Shown in pieces: positions 27,016 through 37,900 of a DNA stretch of 64,000 nucleotides. The stretch spans positions 105,812,397 to 105,876,396 of the forward strand of contig CM097887.1 of assembly GCA_044892525.1 (NCBI GenBank), given 5' to 3'. The notes beneath the pieces were generated by a model that was given only the letters and a program-made list of their open reading frames with translations, was not told the origin of the DNA and ran no database searches. Within the stretch, counting starts at the first letter, position 1. Each line of letters begins with the position of its first letter. The DNA comes from Schmidtea polychroa. Lineage: Eukaryota. The translations under genes and the position numbers were made by a program.

Positions 27016-28149
27016 AAATTTATAAAAATTATAAAACGGAATGTTCTGATTTGAATTTTCGAAATTAAAGTTTTTTTAATTTCTGTGTCAGATATATGAG
27101 ATTTTTTGTTAAAGAAACTAAAGATAATTGATTAAATCAAAATAAAAAACAGAAAAAGACAAAAGCATTTCTTTATAAAAAATAATGTCTACATTTTTAA
27201 GTTAATAGGGGAATTTGATATTCGATTTCAAGAAAGACTTCATTGCAATTGTAAAAAGCCGAATAAATTTTTTCAGTTTACTAAATTTTATTTTCTCTTC
27301 AAAAAATACCAGAGGTGGAAAAAGGTTCTCCGAGACTGAAAATAGAGCTAAGAACCACTGCTATTGGAGTTAACATAATATTATTACTGAAATTTGAAAT
27401 TTTCCCTGATTATATTGGTAACTTCTGAATTTTTTTTTATTTTGAGATCATTCTTGATAACATTTTTGTACTATATTTTTTCGCTAATTTCATTTGGAGT
27501 AACGATAAATATTTTGTTATATTTAAAACAAAATATTGATCAATAGTTTATCTAAAAAGAAATGAAAATTAAAGAAATATAAAAATTAAAAATGAAAAAG
27601 ACAGTAATTTGTAAATCTTTATTAGCTTATCAACTATTAGTTCACAAAAATTGACAATTACTTCTATTTATTTTACTAATATAAATTCACAATAAAAGTT
27701 TTAAAGCCATGAGATTTATCAAAAATAAGGATATTAATAGGAAAAATCCAAATAAATCTCGATTAACAAGTAATAATTAATTTGTGTAACTTTTTATTTA
27801 TAAATGAAATTATAAGTACAACCTTTACTATTTCCATTTTGATCTCGTAATATTGTGCATTCCTCAATAGCACCATACGGTTTGAAGAGGTCCCTTACAT
27901 CGTCTTCTGTGTGCTGTTTTCCAAGCATACCGATGAATAATTTTCTATCTTCTGGCAATAGAAACCAAAAATAGACATTATAATTTAACAATTAAATTAG
28001 AATTAATCACCTCCTTTATGTTGAGTTTGTTTCGACATTTTGCAGTTATTATTGGTAGTCGTTGGTTTCTTTTCATCTTTAATTTCAAAACAATCGTCAA
28101 TGTGAGTTTCTGTGAATGTTGATTGTTCGGTTTCCTTTTGGAATATCAT
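21148..28149 (-). CDS. CELF: CELF3-6 (bruno-3/UNC-75-like) RNA-binding protein, ~460 aa. Exons 28149-28011, 27951-27823, 24247-24015, 23968-23833, 22056-21694, 21642-21538, 21486-21343, 21281-21148
   Basis: RRM2 [23 protein letters not shown]...NSKG|CAFVKY...[17 protein letters not shown]; Q/A-rich divergent linker; RRM3 [21 protein letters not shown]...[10 protein letters not shown]|GFVSFDN...[19 protein letters not shown]...PY*. All introns are GT-AG; total 1383 nt in frame. The first exon/start codon is less certain than the rest. Confidence 0.93.
22582..23447. mobile_element. Possible hAT-type non-autonomous element in a CELF intron
   Basis: Left end TAGGGTTGCCA; degenerate right end TGGCACCCTT; no TSD confirmed. 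Confidence 0.35.
25745..25960. mobile_element. Tc2/pogo-like (Tc1/mariner superfamily) MITE, 216 bp
   Basis: Perfect 28-bp TIR CCGTATTTTAGCGCATATAACGCGCGCG and TA dinucleotide TSDs on both sides. Confidence 0.9.
26425..26585. repeat. ~32-bp minisatellite (~4.5 copies) in a CELF intron
   Basis: Units like TATGTGAATGCATGCATGACACACTCAGCCGC repeated with substitutions. Confidence 0.8.
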
Positions 28150-29024
28150 GATGAGAATGTTCAATAGTAGTCCAGAAAAACAGTTGTTACAACAGCTTCA
28201 GTACACCAGATATTTTGTTCAGGCAAGCAATACCACCCCGACAACAATGATAAAGACTCCTTGTAGGATAATAGTGATAAAAACGATGATCTATACAACA
28301 TAAAATTGGAGCAAGTCATCAAAAGTTACAACAAAATTCATAATATATTTAACGAACAATTTTTGACATTTTTTTGTTTAAATTTACTTTTTTTTATTCA
28401 ATTTTATTATTCTTAAACATAAACTTATCGTCAACATTCATATGTATATAAAGTGACTATGAAATCGAATGACATATATCTCAACAGAATTGTGATGGGA
28501 TTACAGAAAAATATTTACAACATATTTAAGATAAGTTTACAAATCATATAATTTCAATATTCTACGACTTACTTCACTCGATACTCCACAAAACGGAATT
28601 CTGAAAAAATCAATAGAGAATAAATGACGATATTAAAAATAGTAAAAGATGCAAATATACCAGTGCTTCTTTTCTAGGAGTTTTAGCACGAATTGTTATT
28701 AGCTGTGAGTATGTTTGCTCTTAGAGTTTGCGTGCATGCCTATTTGCAGAAATTTGTGTATTGGGAAGTCATCATTTGTTGTAGCTCATCAAACAATTGT
28801 TTCATCAATTCCAATGCCACACACACTCCCACACAAACAAACTAGTACACTCCGTAATTCTGCATGTTTTGAGGAGAGAAAACTATTTCCTTTGATGACT
28901 AACAATTGTTTTGATCGATATAGGGAATTGAGAAAGCAGTGAAATTCTTAAATTGTTCTGAGTGTTACAGAAAAATTAATTGATACATTGAAATTTGTAT
29001 GAATGAGCTGGAATAAAATATTTT

Positions 29025-29169
29025 NNNNNNNNNNNNNNNNNNNNNNNNNNNNNNNNNNNNNNNNNNNNNNNNNNNNNNNNNNNNNNNNNNNNNNNNNNNN
29101 NNNNNNNNNNNNNNNNNNNNNNNNNNNNNNNNNNNNNNNNNNNNNNNNNNNNNNNNNNNNNNNNNNNNN
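29025..29169. other. Assembly gap (N run)
   Basis: Direct read. Confidence 1.
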
Positions 29170-30652
29170 CTGATTTTCACTTTGAACTTAAGACTAATAG
29201 TAATGTTGAAAAGGAAATTCGAAATATTTTTTCTTTATTAACTTGTTTACCTGTTTTTATTAATAATTTTTATTTTCAATGATTATCATAACCCCTCGAT
29301 ACAGCATTTTATAGTAAATTTATATTAAATAAATAAGATTAAATTCTAATGTTGGAAATCTTAATTAATTTTGTACATAAAAATTAACTAAAAATAGATA
29401 TTAGTTGTGATGGTTAGGTGAGGCGAAATACCAAAGACACGAAATACTAAAATATCATTTTTCCAGATGGTGCTCATACAAAAATGTAGTGAATAGTAAT
29501 GGCAAAGATCTCAATTCACGATAGAAAGAACCCACGTAAGATTATTATTTTCCATACAATTTGTATAGATTTTGGTATGAATTTCATCGGAAGAGGTATA
29601 CTGTGTTGCTGCCTCTCTGATAATGAAGCAGTTGAACAAATATAAAAGTCATTGTCAATATGTAATCTATTTTTAACATTTTTTACATAATTGCATTTAA
29701 TAATTTTATTCCCTAACTGCATTCTATACCAATGGAAAATCATGAATACCTTATTAAGCATTCAATAAAAAAAGTGTTGTATAACGAGGTTTTGAATAAA
29801 AAGGAACCGATTCACCTTGTTATTCGAGGCTTTCTTGGACTAAGCAATAACTTATTGTAATTGAGATTACAAGTTGTAATTAAAATTAATATTTTTTGAT
29901 TCGATTTGAAATATTCATTAAAACAATAAAAACATGAATATTTTCTTTTGATGGAAATTTCGGAGGCAAATATTTCCTGACATGTATAATACATGCATAA
30001 TGCTACTTCCTAAATGGATATCAATTAATTTTCTGATTTACTACTCCTCATAATTTTCTTATTCGAAATAAACGAGAATTTTCTGAAATGAAATGATATT
30101 TCTAATCAAAAATCTGAAAATTGTTTTAGTTAACACAAATTTTCTTATTAACTGATTTCTTCATTGCTCGGGTCCACAATTGGCTCGGGCTTCCCATTAG
30201 CTCGTGTTTCCCATTAGCCAATTAATTAATTAATTAATATTTTGTGTTTTTTCATATTAGCCTGTTTTACGACCCTTTCTAAACATTTTCTAACAATTTC
30301 TTGCTCACTGTCTTCTTTACCATGACCTAATATACCCCTCTCCCGTTTTCCAGCTTCAATTTCGATAACATTTCACTTTATTCCAATTCCTCAAGTTTGC
30401 GCATTTTCCCATTTCATGTCTGATTGTATCATTTTATAGATCTGTTTTTATCATATCTTTCATTGCCATTGATTAATTTTCCATTAACTAACAATAAATA
30501 ATTATTGAAAAACTTATTAAAAACCATTTAAACCAATGAATAAAAGCATTTTTTAAATTGTTATTTTCACATAATTAATTGAAATTCTTATTTTGAAAAT
30601 TTCCGAGCGAGGCAACAATGCCATAGTATGAAACAATTGAATGAAAAATTTA

Positions 30653-31621
30653 CTAAAAAACAATGGATATGTTTTCGAATAATATACAAATATTATTGAC
30701 ATTTTTTATTAAAAATCTTTCTGCTTTATATCCCAGGTGCAGAAATAAATGCACAACAACTGCTTCTTCAATTTTATATTTCTGTTGTAGCCGATGATGA
30801 TGTAGCGTTTTGCAACCGTTGAACATCCAAAATCCCCTGGGTTTTTCACAACGTTTTTCAAGGTATTTTTTTGTAAGTGGTGAATAAATGTACGGATCTG
30901 CTAACGTTACTGGTTGTAAAGCGTACGTTTTAGTTAGCCTTTCTTTAGTATAAGAGTCGAAAGATTGAGTCAGCATAATCGGACCAGATTGATGTAATGC
31001 AGGAAAATGATTAGCTATTGTCAATTTTGAAATGAGATATTTGAAGAAATCATGATCTGGTATCGTTGCCATAAAACTATTCATGGCTACGTATGGTAAA
31101 TTATGTAGAATCCTCGACTGTTCATGAACTTCTTGACTAAGTATACAGCTATCATTCAACATTGCTCCATGAAATGGTTTCTGACATCGGGTATCGAAGT
31201 CCATATAAATGCCACCGAATTTATATAAAATAAAATATCTAATCACGTCTGATATTTTCAAAGGATCTGTAAATTTAGAGAAATAAGAACTGTACAATTC
31301 GACATGGTGCTGAAAGTTGTTGATAATAAAGCGATATGCAGTAAAATCCGCCCAGAAAACAAACTTTGAATCCTTATTAATGGTCATGCAGTTCTTGACA
31401 TGCGGAGAATATTGCGTAGGGATATATGCTGTTTTGTACACATAATGGATTATTTTCGGTATTCCGTTTGTGTATCGATTCTTTTTGCCGTATTCTATAA
31501 GATAATTAACGGAAACAAGTTTACAATGACCTGACGTAACATTGAAATCTTGTTTAATATTTGTTTCCGCTTTGAATTTCTCCATCAAACATAATGAAGC
31601 TATTAAAATCATGAAAATCAT
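30653..31621 (-). CDS. GT32-family (Gly_transf_sug/OCH1-SUR1-like) DXD glycosyltransferase, 322 aa, intronless, copy 1
   Basis: IPKIIHYVYKT, SDVIRYFILYKFGGIYMDFD (DXD), NSFMATIPDHDFF and SGPIMLT motifs; hydrophobic N-terminal signal/anchor. Confidence 0.88.
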   Translation of the reverse strand: MIFMILIASLCLMEKFKAETNIKQDFNVTSGHCKLVSVNYLIEYGKKNRYTNGIPKIIHYVYKTAYIPTQYSPHVKNCMTINKDSKFVFWADFTAYRFIINNFQHHVELYSSYFSKFTDPLKISDVIRYFILYKFGGIYMDFDTRCQKPFHGAMLNDSCILSQEVHEQSRILHNLPYVAMNSFMATIPDHDFFKYLISKLTIANHFPALHQSGPIMLTQSFDSYTKERLTKTYALQPVTLADPYIYSPLTKKYLEKRCEKPRGFWMFNGCKTLHHHRLQQKYKIEEAVVVHLFLHLGYKAERFLIKNVNNICILFENISIVF

Positions 31622-32566
31622 TTTGATTTTTATGCGGAATTTTTAAAATAATAGTTAAATTCTATTATAAATAAATGTAATCAATACCTTCTAAAATGTC
31701 TGCGATTTATGAGTTTTCCTTTAATATTATTTCCGCAACTTAAATGCCCGTGTAATATATGATTCGCCCTTTCAATAATTATTTGCGGCTTTCATAATTT
31801 ATTGGTCCCATACTTAATGGACAATTAATGTGGTGGACAATGACGCGTATAGCCGTCATGACGTCTATTCTGGGAACAGCAACTAAAAAAGTGCGTCCGC
31901 GAAAGGGTTAATTATCAAGAGCGTGTAAATAGAATTCTTAGTTTAACAGCATAAACAGTTTAAATAATTACGTTTCATGGTGATCAATGGTAATCGAGAA
32001 TGAAAAGGCTAACTAAATCAACAAAAAATTGTCGAAGTTGGTTGAAGAAATTTAGGTGTACTTCGTTCCGTTATCAATAAGAAAACTAAAACTTCTAAAA
32101 CTTATTCATTTACTAAACAATTTCAGAAAAAGAATAGCGAGTGTGCTTATTGTGAAATTGTGTATTGTCAAAGTGAAAAATAGCGATATTGCGAAAAAGT
32201 GACAATTCTAACGTTGTTGTAATATTGTACTATATTCAATAAAGTTTCAAAATTGCTGGGTGTTGTTTGTTTATTTAATTGAAAACATAATGAGCTAGGT
32301 TCAATCTTAAAGATGATAGTCGAATTACAGAAAACACTGTAAAGCCCTTTAATTTCTGATCTCAGTCGGATTAAGTATGGGACCAATAAATTATGAAAGC
32401 CGCAAATAATTATTGAAAGGGCGAATCATATATTACACGGGCATTTAAGTTGCGGAAATAATATTAAAGGAAAACTCATAAATCGCAGACATTTTAGAAG
32501 GTATTGATTACATTTATTTATAATAGAATTGAACTATTATTTTAAAAATTCCGCATAAAAATCAAA

Positions 32567-33535
32567 ATGATTTTCATGATTTTAATAGCTTCATTATGTT
32601 TGATGGAGAAATTCAAAGCGGAAACAAATATTAAACAAGATTTCAATGTTACGTCAGGTCATTGTAAACTTGTTTCCGTTAATTATCTTATAGAATACGG
32701 CAAAAAGAATCGATACACAAACGGAATACCGAAAATTATCCATTATGTGTACAAAACAGCATATATCCCTACGCAATATTCTCCGCATGTCAAGAACTGC
32801 ATGACCATTAATAAGGATTCAAAGTTTGTTTTCTGGGCGGATTTTACTGCATATCGCTTTATTATCAACAACTTTCAGCACCATGTCGAATTGTACAGTT
32901 CTTATTTCTCTAAATTTACAGATCCTTTGAAAATATCAGACGTGATTAGATATTTTATTTTATATAAATTCGGTGGCATTTATATGGACTTCGATACCCG
33001 ATGTCAGAAACCATTTCATGGAGCAATGTTGAATGATAGCTGTATACTTAGTCAAGAAGTTCATGAACAGTCGAGGATTCTACATAATTTACCATACGTA
33101 GCCATGAATAGTTTTATGGCAACGATACCAGATCATGATTTCTTCAAATATCTCATTTCAAAATTGACAATAGCTAATCATTTTCCTGCATTACATCAAT
33201 CTGGTCCGATTATGCTGACTCAATCTTTCGACTCTTATACTAAAGAAAGGCTAACTAAAACGTACGCTTTACAACCAGTAACGTTAGCAGATCCGTACAT
33301 TTATTCACCACTTACAAAAAAATACCTTGAAAAACGTTGTGAAAAACCCAGGGGATTTTGGATGTTCAACGGTTGCAAAACGCTACATCATCATCGGCTA
33401 CAACAGAAATATAAAATTGAAGAAGCAGTTGTTGTGCATTTATTTCTGCACCTGGGATATAAAGCAGAAAGATTTTTAATAAAAAATGTCAATAATATTT
33501 GTATATTATTCGAAAACATATCCATTGTTTTTTAG
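32567..33535 (+). CDS. GT32-family DXD glycosyltransferase, 322 aa, intronless, copy 2 (identical protein to copy 1)
   Basis: The ORF track gives identical translations; mirror coordinates sum to 64188. Confidence 0.88.
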   Translation: MIFMILIASLCLMEKFKAETNIKQDFNVTSGHCKLVSVNYLIEYGKKNRYTNGIPKIIHYVYKTAYIPTQYSPHVKNCMTINKDSKFVFWADFTAYRFIINNFQHHVELYSSYFSKFTDPLKISDVIRYFILYKFGGIYMDFDTRCQKPFHGAMLNDSCILSQEVHEQSRILHNLPYVAMNSFMATIPDHDFFKYLISKLTIANHFPALHQSGPIMLTQSFDSYTKERLTKTYALQPVTLADPYIYSPLTKKYLEKRCEKPRGFWMFNGCKTLHHHRLQQKYKIEEAVVVHLFLHLGYKAERFLIKNVNNICILFENISIVF

Positions 33536-34914
33536 TAAATTTTTCATTCAATTGTTTCATACTATGGCATTGTTGCCTCGCTCGGAAATTTTCAAAATAA
33601 GAATTTCAATTAATTATGTGAAAATAACAATTTAAAAAATGTTTTTATTCATTGGTTTAAATGGTTTTTAATAAGTTTTTCAATAATTATTTATTGTTAA
33701 TTAAACTAATATAATTTTATTCAGAAAAATTTGCACTTTTATAATCGTTCGAGTGGTGCATTACTTTGATTTTTGATGCAGCACATCACGAGTTTCCTGA
33801 GTCGCAGATGAATCGCTTGAAATTCATTGATTCGAATGACACACATTGATTATATCTGTAACTATTTCTGACTTCATTTACATTCCCACATAACCAGCTC
33901 TCGATCCAATGATATTTAACAGTAGATTTACGGACTGAGCCAATTTGACTCATTTAAAATTCTATTTTTTCATATATATAATACTGATTTATTATTTTTT
34001 TAATACATATGTTGGTTTATAGATACGTCATGAAATATAGGTAAATATTAATTACTCTTATCTACCGAATCCCTCATTTCGCATAGCTAATTAGGTATAC
34101 CTATTTTTATGGTTATTTTTACCCGTAAATCTAGTGCTAAACAATTTTAGAACTATATTCCTATTGTTACCATCTCCGGGTACATAGTTACATCTAAAGG
34201 TGACATCCCGACGGACTGTGTGGTTTTTGGGAGTGTTACACCTACGCAACAGAAATCTTTAACTAGATCAATACTCTTTTAGAAGGCATATCTGTCAATC
34301 TGGCTTCTCTATAGGTACGTCAATTAGGGTAGCCTTATTTATCGGTTGTGTGCAACTTAACAAAAGCTATATGATATGAATCACAAATCCAATTTTATCT
34401 GTGATATTAATACTTTTAACTCATAACAAATCGCATTTTTCGAACATACCTAACGAAATTGCACGGTAGAAAGAAGCCTAATAATTCCATTATAAAATAA
34501 ATTACAGTTAAAAAGTTTAGTCTTTCTATAGTTATTTATACTGAATATTTGTAATATTCATTCCACGGGATGACATGTTTTCTCAACCAGCACAAACCCA
34601 TACACGTATCCTTATGGTACCAATAGACACACGAAGTCACTATCATCATTACTGTAAGAGTTTGTCGTAGAGTCAGACACTTAATTACTTACGACCGAAT
34701 GTTGAAATAATCAAACTATGAATAAATAATTTGTGATAACTTGTTTTTTCCCACTTTTTCTTTTTCGCACACAGCAGTGGAGAGTGAAAATAATATATAG
34801 GAAGAACCCAATTCTGAAAGAATTGGAAAAGTAAAACCAATTATTGAAGAATTTAAAGACAAAGAGATATATTTTGACAAAAAATCATCTTAAAATAGAT
34901 AAATAAAAACAATT

Positions 34915-37900
34915 TCAATAATATGCTGCTTCAGAATCTTTCAAAAATTCCAAGCGATTCCTAAGGATCATGTATTGATCCAAATCCACAGGTTCCAAAA
35001 GCAGATCATCGTCAGCTTCTAAATCCACTGGTTCTTCGACCAGCAACTGCTTCCACCAGGGTTGTTTGATCGTATTGATTTTCTGTTGGTGCAATTGTGC
35101 AGCTCTATTAGCAATCGGGCGGATTTTGCAATGGAAATTGTCGATTTTGAATTTTATATCAGACTGATTTTTGAAACCATCAACAGCTTCATTGAGATCG
35201 GGTGCTGAGATCAATAATTTCGAATCTGTTTCCAACCTTGCCAGAGTCAGTTCTCGATCAATGTCCTGAAAATTATTTTAATAAATGTACACCTCATTTG
35301 TTTCAACTGATTTCAATAATGGTCAAACAGTAAATAAATCTACAAAAATAATTCGTTTTTGTTTTCACCTTTGATCTGTTTTCATTTACATTTTCAATGT
35401 CCTATATTTAACACAAATTTTTAGCACTGCTTTTTTCAAATGTTTAACTTGATAAATGAAGATAAATAAGAAAAAGATATAAAACTATTTTTCTTTCGAA
35501 TTCAATAAGAAAAAAGATCAAAAATTAATTTTCTATCCTTTTTTAAAATTTTTTTATGAAAATAAATTAAATATCAAAATAAAAGAAAACTAATCAAAGG
35601 TAACAAAGAAAATAAAAAAGATAGAAGACTATGAATCAGTAAATATATTAATGTTTTTGATATTTACGGATTTTGGCACAGCCTTTTCAAGTGAATTTCA
35701 TCAAATTCACTTGGGAAAAAGGCAGTGACGAAAATTCATGAATATCAAAAACATCTAGCTTTTTAGTAAATACAATGGAAATGAAATCAGCGGTAAAATT
35801 GGGAAAAAAGTTCTTATAATAACAAAGAAAAGATTTTACTGATGCAACTATTTTTTAACTTACTTTTTTCTTTGTTAAATATTGCAGTTAGATGTATCAT
35901 GGAATTTCATAAGTAATAAATACGATAACTAAAACAAATGTTTTTTTTTAAAATATATCAGTTTGTAATTGCAAAGAGAGCCCGCATTGATGAATTGCAT
36001 TGGGGACCCGGCCTGGCTCTCGACGGCCCTGGTTAGAACGCGGTTTTATAAAACATTCTAAATTTTATTATATAAATATTGAAGAAATACCAATCAAAAA
36101 TGTTAATCTCAATTTTCAAAAAAAATCGATCATTTAAAAAATCCACTCTTAAATATTTGAATGTTTGCAGTATGTTGAAATTGAGTGACAATATTGCTCA
36201 AGATATCATATCGAATATTACTAAGAACTCTATCTGTTATTATCTGATAATATTAAATCATGCATTTTCTTATTAAAATTCAAAAGAATTTATTTTCTTA
36301 GATAAATAAAATTTGTTTCAGATTATATATTATTTCCAAGGTTCAATTATTTCTGCAACCCGTAAAATAATACAAGTACGAGAAAACAAGTTTAAAAATG
36401 TCAAAACTTGAAATCAAGCAAAAAAAGCATGTAAAGAAAAAGTGAAAATATTTCGAATTGAAACATCTACAGCTATATTAGATTATCCGAACTCTGAATT
36501 AATCAAACGACTTGCAGCCTATACGAATATATTTGAAAAAAATAAAGCTTTTATACGATTGCTGATGTTTCAGATATTTCCAATATTATTCAAAAACATG
36601 TACCGCTGATCAACTGAAACACAAAACTGCGCTTAAGCTTTGTAAATTGCTGCGAAAAACAATTTACATAATTAATTAATTAATTAAATAAAAATAGCAA
36701 TTCTTTAATTGTAAGAAATCAGCACTTAACCCTTTCATTCGGGAATTAATTCTGTGGGTAAATTAATTATCTAGACCATCAAACCTAGTAAGGGGACTCA
36801 AATTATGCAAAATAATAAAAAAATAATTTAATTATTTAAAATGTACTAGAACAAATTTCAATTTTCTTAAAAAGTACTTCTCACATTATATTTTCGAAAA
36901 GGTACAACAGATATTCAGCACATAAAAATGTGTACAATATATTGTACACTCCGTATAAAAGGATTAAAAATAAGTTTTACAAAATATTTCCACAGTTTCC
37001 TTGTTATCACCAAACAGGATAGAAAAAACTATTGATATATTTAATAAACAAATTTTATTAATTTAAAAAAATATTAATCAATTATTTTTCAATTTAGATC
37101 AGTGTTGTCCAAACTGTGTGCCGTGGAATATTTTTAAAAAAAGTCAAAAAACCCTGTTTTTCCAAACAACTTAATAAAAGGCAATTTGATTGTGGATATT
37201 TTAACAGTTATTTCAAATTTAAATGTTAATCAGTCAATTAAGTGCGAAATTTATTTGTTTAACTATGTTCTATGAATTGTTCATTCACTAATTTTTCTAA
37301 ATTTAAAATTTTTTACATTAAATTTATTTCAAGTAAATAAGTTTTTCATTTCTTATTAAAAGATTAGTAAAAGTGCAATAAAAAATTGCAAATAAAGCAA
37401 AAAAGAATTTAGGTGTACCGCGAAAATTTTTAAATCAGCCAAGTGTGCCGTGGCTCAAAAAAGTTTGGACAACACTGATTTAGATTATCTTCCATAAATA
37501 TATTGAAACATTTCTAAAATAATTTATTATAATTACAATTTTATAATTTGTTAAAATTATAAAAAAAACTTTTTTTCAAATTTCATCACTGATTTCTTTT
37601 CCATTATATTTATTAAAAATATAAATTTTATGTATGTTTCAAAAAATATAAGAAATATAGAATAGTAGAAATCAAACCTTTCGACGATTAGTTTTCAATT
37701 GATAAAGATGCCGGTGGTACAATTTTTGAGCTTTATGGTGAAGTTCCAGTTGAGTTTCTTCACTAATTCCTCTGAATTCATGCTTATGTGACGCCATCCA
37801 TTTATTGTGAACTTTATTCAATTCGGTCTTCCTTTCCATATTCAAGCCTGGAATATCCCAATATTTAAATTCTGACTGTTCATCACCCTCATGGTAGATT

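Larger units (their letters stand above)
30484..33704. repeat. Large inverted repeat: arms 30484-31818 and 32370-33704 (1335 bp each), 551-bp spacer
   Basis: Arm ends and ORF ends all mirror to the same coordinate sum (64188), so there are no net indels; at least three substitutions were seen in non-coding flanks. Confidence 0.95.
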
